NCBI RefSeq assembly: GCF_036971445.1
Contig: NC_091473.1
Coordinates: 250,666,001 to 250,730,000, forward strand
Length of the DNA stretch: 64,000 nt
DNA from: Narcine bancroftii
Taxonomy: Eukaryota
Reading direction: 5' to 3'
The translations under genes and the position numbers were made by a program. Position 1 is the first letter of the stretch. Each line of letters starts with the position of its first letter. Positions 1-11,764 of this stretch are shown piece by piece. The notes beneath the pieces were generated by a model, which was given only the letters and a program-made list of their open reading frames with translations, was not told where the DNA came from and searched no databases.

Positions 1-227
1 AAATTTAGACATATAGCACGGTAACAGGCTATTTTGGCCCACGAACCAGTGCTGCCCAATTACACTCAATTAACCTACAACCCCCAGGTACGTTTCAAAC
101 ATCAGGAGGAAACTCACGTGGACACGGGGAGAACATACAAACTCCTTACGGACAGCACGGGATTCGAACCAGACTCCCGAACGCTAGTGCAGTAACAGCA
201 TTGTTCCAATGGCTACACTGACCATGC
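1..227 (-). mobile_element. tRNA-derived V-SINE (HE1-like) with CR1/HER1-type 3' tail
   Basis: Minus strand: tRNA-like head with B box GGTTCGAATCC, V-domain core GAGTTTGTATGTTCTCCCCGTG, tail GGGCCAAAATAGCCTGTTACCGTGCT. Homologous copies at 28217 and 32500. Confidence 0.8.
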
Positions 228-698
228 AATATTAGGTAACAAATCGTTGGCTCAAAAAGTTAAAAGGAGAAAATTGAATGATCTTTTCGATATCAGCAAA
301 AAAATTATTTATTTGTTCCTAAAATTATAGATGGTACTAGACAACAGAGTATTTGAAAGCATAGCCAACTTTTTTTTTTATACTGATGTAGGCTAAAGTT
401 CCTTTGTAATGTTCCAATAATAATTCAATTTTTTTCCTCCCCAAGGTACAGATTCACTCCTGGGAAAGATTTCAAAAGATGCTGTTCACTAGCATCATAC
501 CCAAGATCCCATTATTTATGCAGCAAGTGTCAGGAATTGACTCGACCCTGGAAATATTATGACAACTTGAATCTGCCTTCACTTGCTACCCATACCTGTC
601 CACCCAACTGGAGTCATTGAAGTTGAGAAAATGATTTTCCCCAAGAATGTAATCAAAAATTACAACCATTGAGTTAAAAATCAAATGGACAAACTTAC

Positions 699-840
699 AG
701 CTCTGGATGGGTCCCCAAAATCAACCTTCAACCGTCCCATGGCCCTGATGATTGCAATGATCGACTGAATTGTGTTACTGTAAACTACTGCTTTATATTG
801 TTTACACTCCTCTTCAGAGTATCCATCTTCATGAATGATT
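699..840 (-). CDS. GNAI3: G protein alpha-i subunit, coding exon 3 ([47 protein letters not shown])
   Basis: 142-nt exon, AG acceptor at 842-841, GTAAGT donor at 698, phase compatible with exon 2. HED plus [11 protein letters not shown] favours GNAI3 over GNAI1 (HEA) and GNAI2 (IMAI.KAM.NL); the paralog call is less certain than the family call. Confidence 0.93.
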
Positions 841-1067
841 CTGCAACAGAGAAATTGATGTGACAAGGGTAACTCATGTTCCATTACATCACTGACTAAT
901 TTAGGACAGAAACAAACTCCATACTAATGTCATATTGAAACCACATCAGAAAGGAAAAAATCTTATTTGAAGAAGTTCAAAATATTTAACTATCAGTTTT
1001 CTCAATCTCAGAATTAATTAGTCATGGTGACAAAATACAATGTTAAGGTTTGCTTCTTGTTGGATAT

Positions 1068-1400
1068 TGTAGCCATGTGCTACTCGAAAGAAGTCACACG
1101 CACGTAGTCTAGTCGGGTTAAGCTCAGACCCGACTTTTACACTTGCACCATTCCCGCCGTGGCCCCCCTTGGCCTGACGTCACAATATGCATAACAACAC
1201 CCTTCTCCCCCACCCACTCCCTGTCTGTTGGCTGCACAGCAAGGCTATCGCCATTTTGGGGTCGCTGGCCTTTAAGCTGCTCTTGCTGTTCACCCTCCGG
1301 TTCACTTGTCAGGGCCAGTGCTGCTGCGAGGGCTGCTGGCCTTTGATCGCACTTGCTTCCTGGAGTGCTGGCTCAATTGCCGCAGCGGCAGGATGCCACA
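1068..1400 (-). repeat. 3' LTR of Gypsy element 1
   Basis: Plus strand TGTAG...GCCACA, homologous to 5132-5525, adjacent polypurine tract on minus strand. Confidence 0.9.
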
Positions 1401-1589
1401 TGACCCTCCCTTCCCAGAACAGGCGGTATCATTCTTGCTATTGTCCTTGGAGGCAAAGTCTCTGCAGCCTTCGGTGGCCTGCCTCTTCGGCATGGTGCTG
1501 GTGTCTCGACCAGGCTCACCGTGTCCAGGTGTGGAGGCTTCAGCCTGTCTGTGGTGAAGTCCTCCGTCTTATCTCCGACCCAGCTCAAA

Positions 1590-4443
1590 CGTGGCCCCAT
1601 TGTTGCCAATGACCCAGAACAGACCTTCTTATGGCCTTTGAAGTGGTGGGCGACGTGGACCCCCTGCGAATGAAAACATACTCACAGTCCTGCTGGTCTT
1701 TGGGTACATTGGTCCTTGCGTGTCCATGTCTGGAAGGTGAAATCGGGGCCAGGTTGATGACTCTTTCCCTTAGCCTGCTGAAGAATGCTGCAGAGTCATC
1801 CTGCTGTCTACCTGGGAATGGTACAAATTCACCTGGGACCTCCAGTGGAGTTCTGTAGACAAGTACAGCCAAAGAGGTGTTGAGGTATCCTCGGGGACCG
1901 TGTGGATGCCAAACAGCGTGCATGGTAGTTCATCTACCCAGTTGAGTCCTTGGAATCTGGTCATGAGCACGGTTTTGAGGTGCCTGTGGAAGCACTCCAC
2001 CAATCCATGGGACTGTGAGTTGAAAGCTGTTGTGTGATGCAGCTGGGCACACCACAGGCTGGCAGGGTCTGATCATAGACTGGAGGTGAATTGGGCCCCT
2101 CTGTCCGATGGGATGTTGGACAGTAACCCGAAAAGAGAGGAGGACCCTGGCGCACGAGATTGTGGCCGTGTCTGCTAGTGGAACTGCTTCTGGCCACCTG
2201 GTGAAGCAGTCGACAATCGTGAACAGATAGTGGAAACCCTAGGATACCGGCAAGGAACCTACTATGTCCACATGGATGTGGTCGAACATTTGTTCTGCGG
2301 GCTCGAAGTGCTGAGGTGGGGTCTTGGTGTGCTGCTGTACCTTGGTTGTTTGGCACTGCATGCACGCCTTAGTCCACCCACTGACCTGTTTCCAAAATCC
2401 ATGCCACATACATTTGCTGGCCACCAGCCGGACCGTGGTCCTGAGGAATGGGTGAGGCAGTCTGTAGATGGAGTCGAAAACCCGTCATCTCCAAGCCACC
2501 GGATGATGGGTTTGACCTGACCAGTGGCCACTTTGCACAGGAGGGTGGTGTTTGCCTGTGCTGACTGGGACATCATGGGGCTGCAGTCCTGTATTGGAGC
2601 ACCTCCTCATCTTTCTGCTGCACCTCCGCCAGTGCCATGAAGTCCACTCCCCTTGATAGCGCGTGGATACTTCGACTGGACAGTGCATTGACCACCACAT
2701 TGTCCTTGCCTGAGACATGCCTTATAGCTGTGGTGTACTCCGAGATGAAAGACAGATGTTGTTGGCAGGCTGACCAGGGGTCTGAGATCCTAGCCAAGAT
2801 GAAAGTCAGGGGCTTGTGATCTGTGAAAGCCATGAAAGACCCGCCCTCTAGGAAGTACCTAAAGTGGCGGTTGGCTAAGTACAGCACCAGTTGCTCTCCA
2901 TCAAAAGCACTGTACTTCAGTTCTGGAGGCCACAGATGTTTGCTGAAGAAAGCCAGTGGCTGCCAACTTCCTTAGATCTTGTGCTCCAGAACTCTGCTGA
3001 TCGCTGTTCCTGAGGCATCCACCATCATGGCCGTTGGAGCGTCTGATCTGGGATGTGCCAGGAGAGTGGTGTCCACCAGGGCTTCCTTGCCTTCAGAAGA
3101 CTTCCGTTGACTCCTCGTCCCAGGTGATGGCCATTGCCTTGCCTGCCATCTGGGCAAACAAGGGCCGCATGATCCAGGCAGGTGTGATAGAAATTGGTCA
3201 TCCCCATGAACTCCTGTAGTCCCTTGGTCGTCCTGGGTCTGGGGAACTTCCAGATGGCCTCCACTTTACTGGGTAGCAGTGTGGCTCCTTTCCTAGTTAT
3301 CTTGTGGCCCAGGAAGTTGATGGCTCCAATCCAAACTAGCATTTGGCTGGATTGATTGCCAGGCTGAACTTGCTCAGTTGGGCGTAGAGGTTGTAGATGT
3401 GTGCCATGTGCTCCTGTTGGTTCCTGTTCGCTACCAGGACGTCATCCAGGAATGCGAAGGTGCCGTCCAGGTCTCTGCCCTCTGTGTCCATGAGTCACTG
3501 GAAGATCTGCGCAGTGTTCTTTAGGACGAACGGCATTCAGAGGAATTTGAAGAGGCCGAACGGGGTGATGATGGCAGCCTGGGAGTTATCATCAGGGTGT
3601 ACTGGGATCTGATGATATCCCCACACGAGGTTCACCTTGGAGAAGATCCTTTTCCCGTGTAGGTTAGCCACAAAATCCTGGATGTGCAGCATGGGGTACC
3701 AATCCGGTGCTATGGCCTCGTTGTGCCGGTGGTAGTTGCTGCATGGTCTCCAGCCCCAAGTTGCTTTGGGTACCACGTGCAGGGTAGAAGCCCAACTACT
3801 GTATGATGCCAAGCTCCTCCAGCTTCCTGAATTCCTCCTTCGCCAGCTGGAGCTTTTCCGGAGGAAAGAGTCTTGTCCTTGCATGGAGCAGTGGGCCCTG
3901 GGTCAGGATGTGGTGCTGTACTCAATGTCAGGACATCACCGTCGTGAATTGGAGCAAGAGCACTGCAGGGAACTCAGCCAGGACCCTGGTATACTCGTTG
4001 TCTGATCTTTGTAGAGTCCAGGTGGAATGCTGGGAGCCTGGTGACTTGGTGGGGGGGGGAAAGAGAAAAGGTTTGAAAAGTCTTGGCGTGAACTAATCTC
4101 CTTCCCTGGAGGTCCACTACCAGGCTGTGAGCACTCAGGAAGCCCGCCCCGAGGAACAGTTTATCCACTGTGGCCAGCGTGAACACCCACTAGAAGAGAC
4201 TGCCTCCAAACTGCAATTGGATCTTGCGGGTAACGTAGGTCCAAATCGTGCTGTTGTTGGCAGCCCTCAGCATGGGGCCCACTGTCTGTTTCTGATGTCC
4301 TGTCCTGATGGGGGCAGGATGCTGACCTCTGCTCCTGTGCCCACGAGGAAACATCATCCAGACTGGCAGTCCCAAACGTACTGGAGGCTGTCTTGGTGGC
4401 CACCCGTCAAGGCCATTAATGACAGCTTTACCCAGCGTTTCCC
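1590..4443 (-). pseudogene. Gypsy pol remnant (protease-RT-RNase H-integrase) with multiple stops and frameshifts
   Basis: ORF fragments 3974-4186, 3537-3884, 3025-3342, 2972-3157, 2573-2887, 2239-2424, 1770-2003 carry pol motifs in Gypsy order. Confidence 0.9.
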
Positions 4444-5090
4444 GAAACGTTCATGGAGGCCTGCACCCTATCTCTGGTGGTAGAAGCACCACTGGTCATC
4501 TGGATCATCTCCTATGCTGCTATTCTCTCAGTGCCTCTGCACGGGTCTGGCTGCAGGTTTAGTGACGAGCCCCACGGACGCAGAGCATTCTTTCTTCTGC
4601 TTCCACAGAAAGTCCACTTATGCTGTGACATTTGGGGGGTGGGTCGCTGAAATCCACGTCAGCCAGGAGCAGTTGGATGTCCTTGGGCAGTTGCTGCAGA
4701 AATGCCCGCTCAAACATGATGCAGGGCTCATGTTTACCCAGGAGGGCCAGCATCTTGTTCATGAGGGCTGAAGGGAGCCTGTCCCCTAGCTCTTCCAGAT
4801 GGATCAGACATGCCCCTCTCTCATGGCGTCAGAGTCCGAAGGTCTTGATCAGCAAATCCTTGAAGGCGGTGTACGCGTCTTCCGATGGGGGACTCCCTGA
4901 TGAAATTGGCCACCCGGCATGCTGTGTCCTGGTCCAGGGGACTCACCACGAGATGGTACCAGATGAATTCTGCTGAGATGAGCCAGATCTGGAACTGTGC
5001 CTCAGCCTGGTCAAAGAACACGCGCGGTCGATTAGTCCAGAAGGTTGGCAGCTTGAGAGCGACTGCGTTGACTGCTGCCTGTTCGCTCAT
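4430..5090 (-). pseudogene. Gypsy gag remnant
   Basis: MSEQAAVNAVALKLPTFWTNRPRVFFDQAEAQF start at 5090, FERAFLQQLP segment, WCFYHQR zinc-knuckle start. Confidence 0.85.
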
Positions 5091-5116
5091 TGCTGGGTTT
5101 ATATGCTGTCTAAACT

Positions 5117-5129
5117 GTTGGGGTCACCA
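5117..5129 (-). other. Primer-binding site complementary to tRNA-Trp 3' end
   Basis: Minus strand TGGTGACCCCAAC, 2 nt inside the 5' LTR. The tRNA-Trp 3' end is ...GTCGGGGTCACCA (one CpG-type mismatch). Confidence 0.85.
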
Positions 5130-5131
5130 AT

Positions 5132-5525
5132 TGTAGGCGTGTGCACTACTTGAAGGAAGTCACACACACAGCGCAGTCAGGTTAAGCTCTGACTTTTATT
5201 AAGGCTCAAGCTCTACTTTTATTCTTGCACGGTTCCCGCTGTGGCCACCCCCTTGACTGACGTCACAACATGCATGACAAAAGCAGGTTTCCTCCACGCA
5301 GGTACTTTCCTGCATAACAATGCCCTTCTTCACTATGTGCTGTCCCTGTCTGTTGGCTACGCAGCAAGGCCAGCACCATTTTGGGGCATCTCGTCTTTAA
5401 GCTGCCCTTGCCGTTCACCTGCTGGTTCATTTGATGGGGCTAGTGCAGCTGCGCAGGCTGGTGGCATTTGGTTGTGCTCACTGCCTGAAGCGCTGGCTTG
5501 ATCGCCGCAGCTGCAGGCCACCACA
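5132..5525 (-). repeat. 5' LTR of Gypsy element 1
   Basis: TGTAG...CCACA, homologous to 1068-1400, minus-strand AATAAA at 5200-5195 and 5223-5218. Confidence 0.9.
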
Positions 5526-5924
5526 TTATGATGACATGAATAATTTGCAAAGGAAATTTTCTGCCTAGTCTAGTGGTTGTAATCATGTTTGCATGGCCAC
5601 TAGCAAGGCCTTGATTATAATTCCTGTTTGATTAGACTTGGCTGCCAGCAGGAGCTGACACAGTGCAAGACATAGTATGCAAGACATAGTATGCAAGATT
5701 TGTAATGGAGGCTTGCAGCTTCATGGTGCTGTTCACATCAACTTTAAAGTAAAGAACCTTTTCCTTCATCCATGTGTTGTCTAAGAACTCACTCATACAA
5801 ATACAAGATGAAACAATGGTGACTCAACATTTTGGAACTCCCACCCAATATACGAAGTACATATAGTTCTAATGCATATAGCATTGATAAAACTCTCAAT
5901 TCTGCATCCCATTCCCATACTTGC

Positions 5925-6730
5925 ATGGCCTCGTATCCTATCCCACCAAGACCATCCATAAATTTGAGGAACAACACCTGATTTCCCATCTGAGTACCTT
6001 CCAGCCAGATGGCATTAACATCGACCTCCAGTTTCTGCTAACCTACTCTCCTTTCTCCCCTTCCCCATCTCTCTACCCTATTACAGGCTCCTGTTTTAGT
6101 AAAATTGGATTATCACTGTGTAAGACAGGAGGAACTGAATGGTCAGTTAACATTCAACATCAGCACCCACAAGTCACAGCCCAGTGACAATTCGATACAT
6201 TGGAAGAACTGAGGGAAGGTTGCCACAGTCTGTTCCAGATTCGATACATTTGTAAAGACATTGAGATTGTGCCAAGGGAGAACCACGCTGACGGCTAAAG
6301 AGAAAACAGCCTCTTGAAGCAGTTCTTGTGGCCAGCCTTTCTGTGGAATTCAGAGCAAAGCATGCCGTTAATGATTGGCACTTTTCAGTGGACTGACCTA
6401 TGCCAGGAAGGTCTTTTCAAAAGCAAAATACTTCATTTTGAGGGTGACTTGTTAGGCACGGTTCGTAACAACCCCGTTTCCTCTCATTTCGCCTAGCCAT
6501 CCTTCCTCCCCCATTACCTCCTGCCTTTGGAACCATGCTCCACCCCCCCCCAATCCCTCCCACCCTCATTTTATTTGGACACCTATCGAAATTTTTCCAT
6601 ACCTTGATGAAGGGCTCAAGCCCGAAATCTCAGTTATGCATCTTTATTTTCACCATGTTTGACCAGCTGAGTTTGTTCAGCATTGTGTTTTTACTTCAAC
6701 CACGATATCTGCAGACTTTCATGTTTTACC
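5925..6730 (+). mobile_element. Penelope-like element 3' remnant (GIY-YIG C-terminus, pyrimidine-rich UTR, hammerhead-like motif), interrupted at about 6080-6470
   Basis: KFEEQHLISHLSTFQPDGINID at about 5955-6025; TTGATGAAGGGCTCAAGCCCGAAA at 6604-6627; family tail ...TCTGCAGACTTTCATGTTTTAC. Confidence 0.75.
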
Positions 6731-7156
6731 TCCCAATGGGTCTCCCATTTGATCTTGGTAAATAGTGACAACATTTGAGAGCCAATCAAAACTTCAAACA
6801 AGTGCATGCATTAATGCACTGCATGCAAGAGAACCTCTCACTCTTTAAAGCAAATGTAATAATTCTTACCAAAATTGCTATTATAAATCCCAAGAAATGT
6901 AAATTAAGAATACAAGATTCACAAATCTATTCCTCACTTGAAAATATATCACTCATCAAAACAAGGGAATATAATCAAATACAAAGCATCTTGAAATGGC
7001 ATGAGATTAGCAAAAAGTGCTCACAAATCCACATTTATCCCAAAGCTGTATTAAAGTGACAATTTATATTTAATCAAAGACGTCATTTTTAAACTTGTCA
7101 AGTGTCAACATTTGCATCCAGGACCAAAGGTTCATCTAAAACGATTTCAGACTCAC

Positions 7157-7199
7157 TTCATTTGTTTCACAATGGTACTTTTTCCAGATTCTCCAGCAC
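7157..7199 (-). CDS. GNAI3: G protein alpha-i subunit, coding exon 2 (P-loop GAGESGKSTIVKQMK)
   Basis: 43-nt exon, polypyrimidine+TAG acceptor, GTGAGT donor; not in the ORF track but read directly. Confidence 0.95.
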
Positions 7200-9120
7200 C
7201 TACAAAGAAAAAGAGTAACCACCGTCACACTTGACATTTCACAACTTTTGATTGCAATCTTTGTGTACTGCAATCAAGCTCGACCATTCAATATTGTCAA
7301 TGCTACACACAAAAATGTTTAAAAAGATACATCTAACCAAACTGCAAAAACTTTGTGGTCAAGAATCAATAATTTTGTTTATTAATTTCTGGGGACCAGA
7401 TTTTAAGTATGCAAGAACATTACTAGAGATAATGTTTGGAAATAATACTTAAATTTCATGCTATCCCATCGAGATTCTCATCAAGATACATTTCTCACAT
7501 GCTGTGTAATGTACTTTGGGCAGCTTCCTGATAATAGACATTTAAAGGAGTCGTTGTCTAATTGAGTGGTGCAAGCCTTCCTGTTATTTCAAGTTGTACC
7601 ATTTACAGCCTATTTCAGTTATTACTAACCACAATGGCAACTGTGCTAGAATAGTAAGTCTAGGTTATGAATGCAGCACAGAAACTCCAAGAGATCTCAG
7701 TCTTACTGCAGTTGACAGTGTGACATTAGTTCTGTTAAGTAATCAAAGACTTTAATGTGCCAGTTGGTCTGACATAACCATTTCCAAGATTTTCAAACCA
7801 ATGGGAGGTGGAGAACTGGAGCAGCAAGAAGAAAACTGGTTTTCCATTTTGCAAGAAAGTGCTGGTATGAAATATGCTGGCCCCTATCGGAAGTAAAATT
7901 AACAAATACTTGCAACTTTTCTAATAAACAAGGTCATCCTAAAACATGCAAGTCTATAAATGCATCGGTAAATCATTCTGATTACAGACAGTGCAGCAAA
8001 CCAGATGTCTTTTCCTGGATTTAAAAAAGGTCCAGCTCCTACACTGGGGCCCCACAGAACCTTGGATAGGAATTTCAGTCAAAGATTTATTCGCTACAAG
8101 TTGTATATTCTTGCTAGTCATCTGATTTCATAATTTATCAAAAATTAACCCAAAATGTTCATTTTGTTTCTCTCCACTGATGGCTGAATATATTTTCAGC
8201 ATCTGCTTTTCATTTGACAGTAAAATTTGCAGTGAAATCAAAATTAATGGGGGATCATTTAACAAATTTTGTAAAGATAATTTATTGAACAATATTTCAA
8301 GTTCTATCATAATAAGAACATTATTTGTAACCTGCTGCAAAAACTTCTTAAGTTTCAACTGTGCCCTTTATAAATACAGAGGAACCTGAACTATATTCTT
8401 GATCTTACATTACATGTGCAGCCATACCAAATGTAGCAATCACGTTAATATTTTGAAACCTGTTCATAATTGAAGTGCAAATTATAATTGGGCTATAAAC
8501 CAAAATGTGACATATACAGAGCAAACATGATCAAACACACTGAAGTTCAACTTGCTGACCTTCTGATCCAGTTTGAAACAAATGAAATTCAAAAAAATTG
8601 AGAAATAAAGATTTTAATTACGTACCTATGGTAGAACGGTGGTAACTATAACTAACAAAAACTGACAAATGAAAATGAGGAGGGTGCAGTTTGTTACCAA
8701 TACTTATTTCAGAAAGACAGCCATGTCAGTGGAAATTTTAAAGACCTCTTTTGTATAGATGTAACAAAAACAAATTCTTCGTAGAAAAATAGGTGATTTT
8801 GCATTCTGCAACCTTATTATTAAAGCTTATACAACAACCCACAGGAAGCAATTATGGAACATGCGTACAACTAAGAAACAGTATTTTAAATTTGTGAATA
8901 AATAATGAGTTATCCCTCCTTAATAGGATAGATTTTTCCCTAGATTTAAACAATTTAAGTACAGGAAAGGAGGTTGTTCAAATTAGTGCATACTCATTAT
9001 TGTGCGGCCTCAAGATCACCTCTCAGCCACAGGAAACAAGTTGCAAAGCCCTGCATTCTTATTTTGCAAAGCCCTGCATTGCTTTTTTTGTGCTTCCAGT
9101 GACACCAAATCTTTACTGTA

Positions 9121-9312
9121 CAGGTAGTCCTCAACTTACAACCTATGCTAGTTACGTCCACCTGCACACACGACCAATTTTTAAAAAATACTCTACATAT
9201 GCTGAGATTCTTCACTAAAGGTTCATTTGTTGACATGCAAATCAGATACAACAAATCTAAGTTATGACCAATCCTTAGGTCCCAATTAAGGTCATAAATG
9301 GGTGACTACCTA
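9121..9312. mobile_element. Tigger/pogo-type MITE
   Basis: TA then CAGGTAGTCCTCAACTTACAACC, with degenerate inverted copy GGTCATAAATGGGTGACTACCTA at the right end. Confidence 0.65.
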
Positions 9313-9616
9313 TTCTGAATACTTAGACAAATCAGAAACCTATTTCTTGGGTAACAACAGCACATTGTGCTTTAATGATTTCTGATCCACTTTACCCTTT
9401 CCAAACTACAACCAAAGATTATCCACTGACATCACTCCATGCTACATTTTTTGCTTTCCAGCAGTTTCAGAGTTTATACACGTTAATTAAGGAATGGCAA
9501 TATACAGCCAAATCAATGTGGTATGCAAATAGGATTTAAGAGGTCACGAGATCAGCTATTCTCAAACCTTTTTTGGCTATGGTCGAGTGAAGCAATCAAG
9601 TTTAGTTGGTTTCTTC

Positions 9617-9815
9617 TTTACTTTGACTTTAGTAAGGCTTTTGACAAGGTTCCCCATAAGAGGTTAGTAAGGAAGGTGGTAGCATTAGGTATTAATGATG
9701 AAGCAGTGAAATGGATTCAGCAATGGTTGAATGGGAAATGCCAGAGAGTAGAGGTGGAAAACAGTTTGTCGAATTGGAGGCCGATGATGAGTGGAGTGCC
9801 TCAGGGATCAGTACT
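9617..9815 (+). mobile_element. CR1/HER1 LINE RT fragment
   Basis: YFDFSKAFDKVPH...SGVPQGSVL. Confidence 0.85.
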
Positions 9816-10060
9816 GGAGGGGAATACAAAATTGGCAACGGCCCCATTAACAATGAATTTATACACTGCAGCTATATACAACATGCTAGTGGTGGAAGTA
9901 ACGAATCCTTATGATGGTGAATGGGGTGTCAAAATGAAATGAACTGATTTGTCCTGCATGGTGGCATTAAGCTTCTTGGATGCTGTTGGAGCTGTATTTT
10001 CCAAGCAATGGAATACATTCCATTGTTGTCTTGGCACGTCTTGCAACTAATGAAAAGAGG

Positions 10061-10230
10061 TGAAGCACAAAAGTCTGCAGACAATGTGATTGTAGTAAAA
10101 ACAGAAATGCTGGAGGAACTGACATTTTGGGCCTAACCCCTTCTTCATGGTATGGCTCAGGCTCAAAACATTGATCATAAATCTTTACCTTCTATGGATG
10201 CTGCAAAACTTGCTGATTTCCTCAGCAGTT
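10061..10230. mobile_element. Penelope-like 3' termini in inverted arrangement
   Basis: Minus-strand tail (AAAAGTCTGCAGAC...ATGCTGGAGGAACT) joined to a plus-strand tail (GGCTCAGGCTCAAAAC...CTATGGATGCTGC). Confidence 0.6.
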
Positions 10231-10611
10231 CTAAGATTTTAATGAAAAAGGGCTTCAGGTGGCAGGTCAGGTCAGTTCCAACACCATATACTACCTTTGA
10301 CCCATTTATGTAATTGGTCCATAACAATACATTCTGAAGATGGGCATGCCCAGTGACTAGTGATAATACACGTTTGTTAACACTCAATGACTGGCATACA
10401 AACTCACGAAAAGATCAATGATGATCGGCAGGCCTAGCAAATTGCCCTGAGGATATCTTGCAGCAATGTCATGGGAGTTTGAACAATACTTGAACAATGC
10501 AACAACTACATGCTTTGTGCAAGACTCTAACCACTTCCTGGAAGACAGAGGAGTAAATCTATCTTGCATGTCCAATAAAACAACAGTGCGAAGTTCCCCA
10601 CAGGAGGTTAG

Positions 10612-11764
10612 TGACAAAGTTCCCCACAGGAGGTTAGGAAAAAAGGTGGAGGCATTAGGTATAAATGAGGAGGTAGTGAAATGGATTCAGCAATGGTTGG
10701 ATGGGAGGTGCCAGAGAGTAGTGGTAGAAAATTGTTTGTCCAATTGGAGGCCGGTGACTAGTGGAGTTCCTCAGGGATCAGTCCTGGGTCCACTATTGTT
10801 TGTTAAATATATATTAATGATCTGGAAGTAGGGGTGGAGAATGGATAAGCAAGTTTGCGGATGATACAAAGATTGGTGGTGTTGTGGACAGTGAGGAAGA
10901 TTACCGTAGATTAAAAGGTGATTTAGGAAGGCTGGAGGTGTGGGCTGAGAAATGGCTGATGGAATTTAATCCAGATAAGTGTGAGGTGTTACATTTTGGA
11001 AAGGCCAATCTAAATAGGTCATATGCATTAAATGGTCGGCTATTGAGATGTGCAGAGCAACAAAGGGATTTAGGAGTTGTGGTAAATAGTACCCTCAAGG
11101 CTGATACTCAGGTCGATGGTGTGGTGAAAAAGGCATTTGGAATGTTGGCCTTCATAAATCAGAGTATTGAAGAGTAGGGAGGTTATGATGAAATTGTACA
11201 AGGCATTGGTGAGGCCAAATTTGGAGTACTGTGTACAGTTTTGGTCACCAAATTATAGGAAAGATACAAACAAAATAGAGAGAGTACAGAGAAGGTTCAC
11301 GAGAATGTTGACAGGATTTCAGGGTCTGAGTTACAGGGAAAGGTTGCGCAGACTGGGGCTTTTTTCTCTGGAGCATAGAAGATTGAGAGGGGACTTGATC
11401 GAGGTGTTTAAGATTTTAAAAGGGACAGACAGAGTCAACGTGGATAGGTTTTTTCAATTAAGAGTGGGGGAGATTCAAACTAGAGGGCATGGTTTAAGAT
11501 TGAAGGGGGAAAATTATAAGGGGAACATGAGGGGAAATTTCTTTACGCAAAGAGTGGTAGGGATGTGGAATGAGCTTCCGGCAGACGTGGTTGAGGCGGG
11601 ATCATTGGTTACATTTAAGGAAAGACTGGATCGTTACATGGAGAGGAGAGGACTGGAGGGGTGTGGACCGGGTGCTGGTCAGTGGGACTAGGAGGGTGGG
11701 GATTTGTTACGGCATGGACTAGTAGGGCCGAACTGGCCTGTTCTGTGCTGTAAGTGGTTATATG
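10612..11764 (+). mobile_element. 5'-truncated CR1/HER1 LINE (RT C-terminal half and 3' UTR)
   Basis: GVPQGSVLGPLLF, KFADDTK, RPNLEYCVQFWSP, FFTQRVV, tail GGCCTGTTCTGTGCTGTAA. Confidence 0.93.

Larger units (their letters stand above)
1068..5525 (-). mobile_element. Full-length decayed Gypsy LTR retrotransposon, CsRN1/Kabuki-like clade, in GNAI intron 2
   Basis: Two homologous TG...CA LTRs (1068-1400, 5132-5525), PPT at 1401-1417, tRNA-Trp PBS, gag (VALKLPTFW, CFYH), protease FLVgTGAEVS, RT (GYHQIPV, FLDD), RNase H (TDHKPL), integrase. Flanks ATAT/TTAT may be a degraded 4-bp TSD. Confidence 0.93.

Noticed and set aside
5665-5698. Short tandem duplication (also 9041-9080, 59183-59232)
   Set aside because: Ordinary slippage or repair duplications with no sign of function.
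8640-8655. GGTAACTATAAC resembling an LSU rRNA segment
   Set aside because: Only about 12 nt match, with no flanking rRNA similarity.
9617-10800. Two similar CR1 RT segments 1 kb apart as a tandem duplication
   Set aside because: Many differences and no shared flanks; consistent with independent copies of an abundant family.
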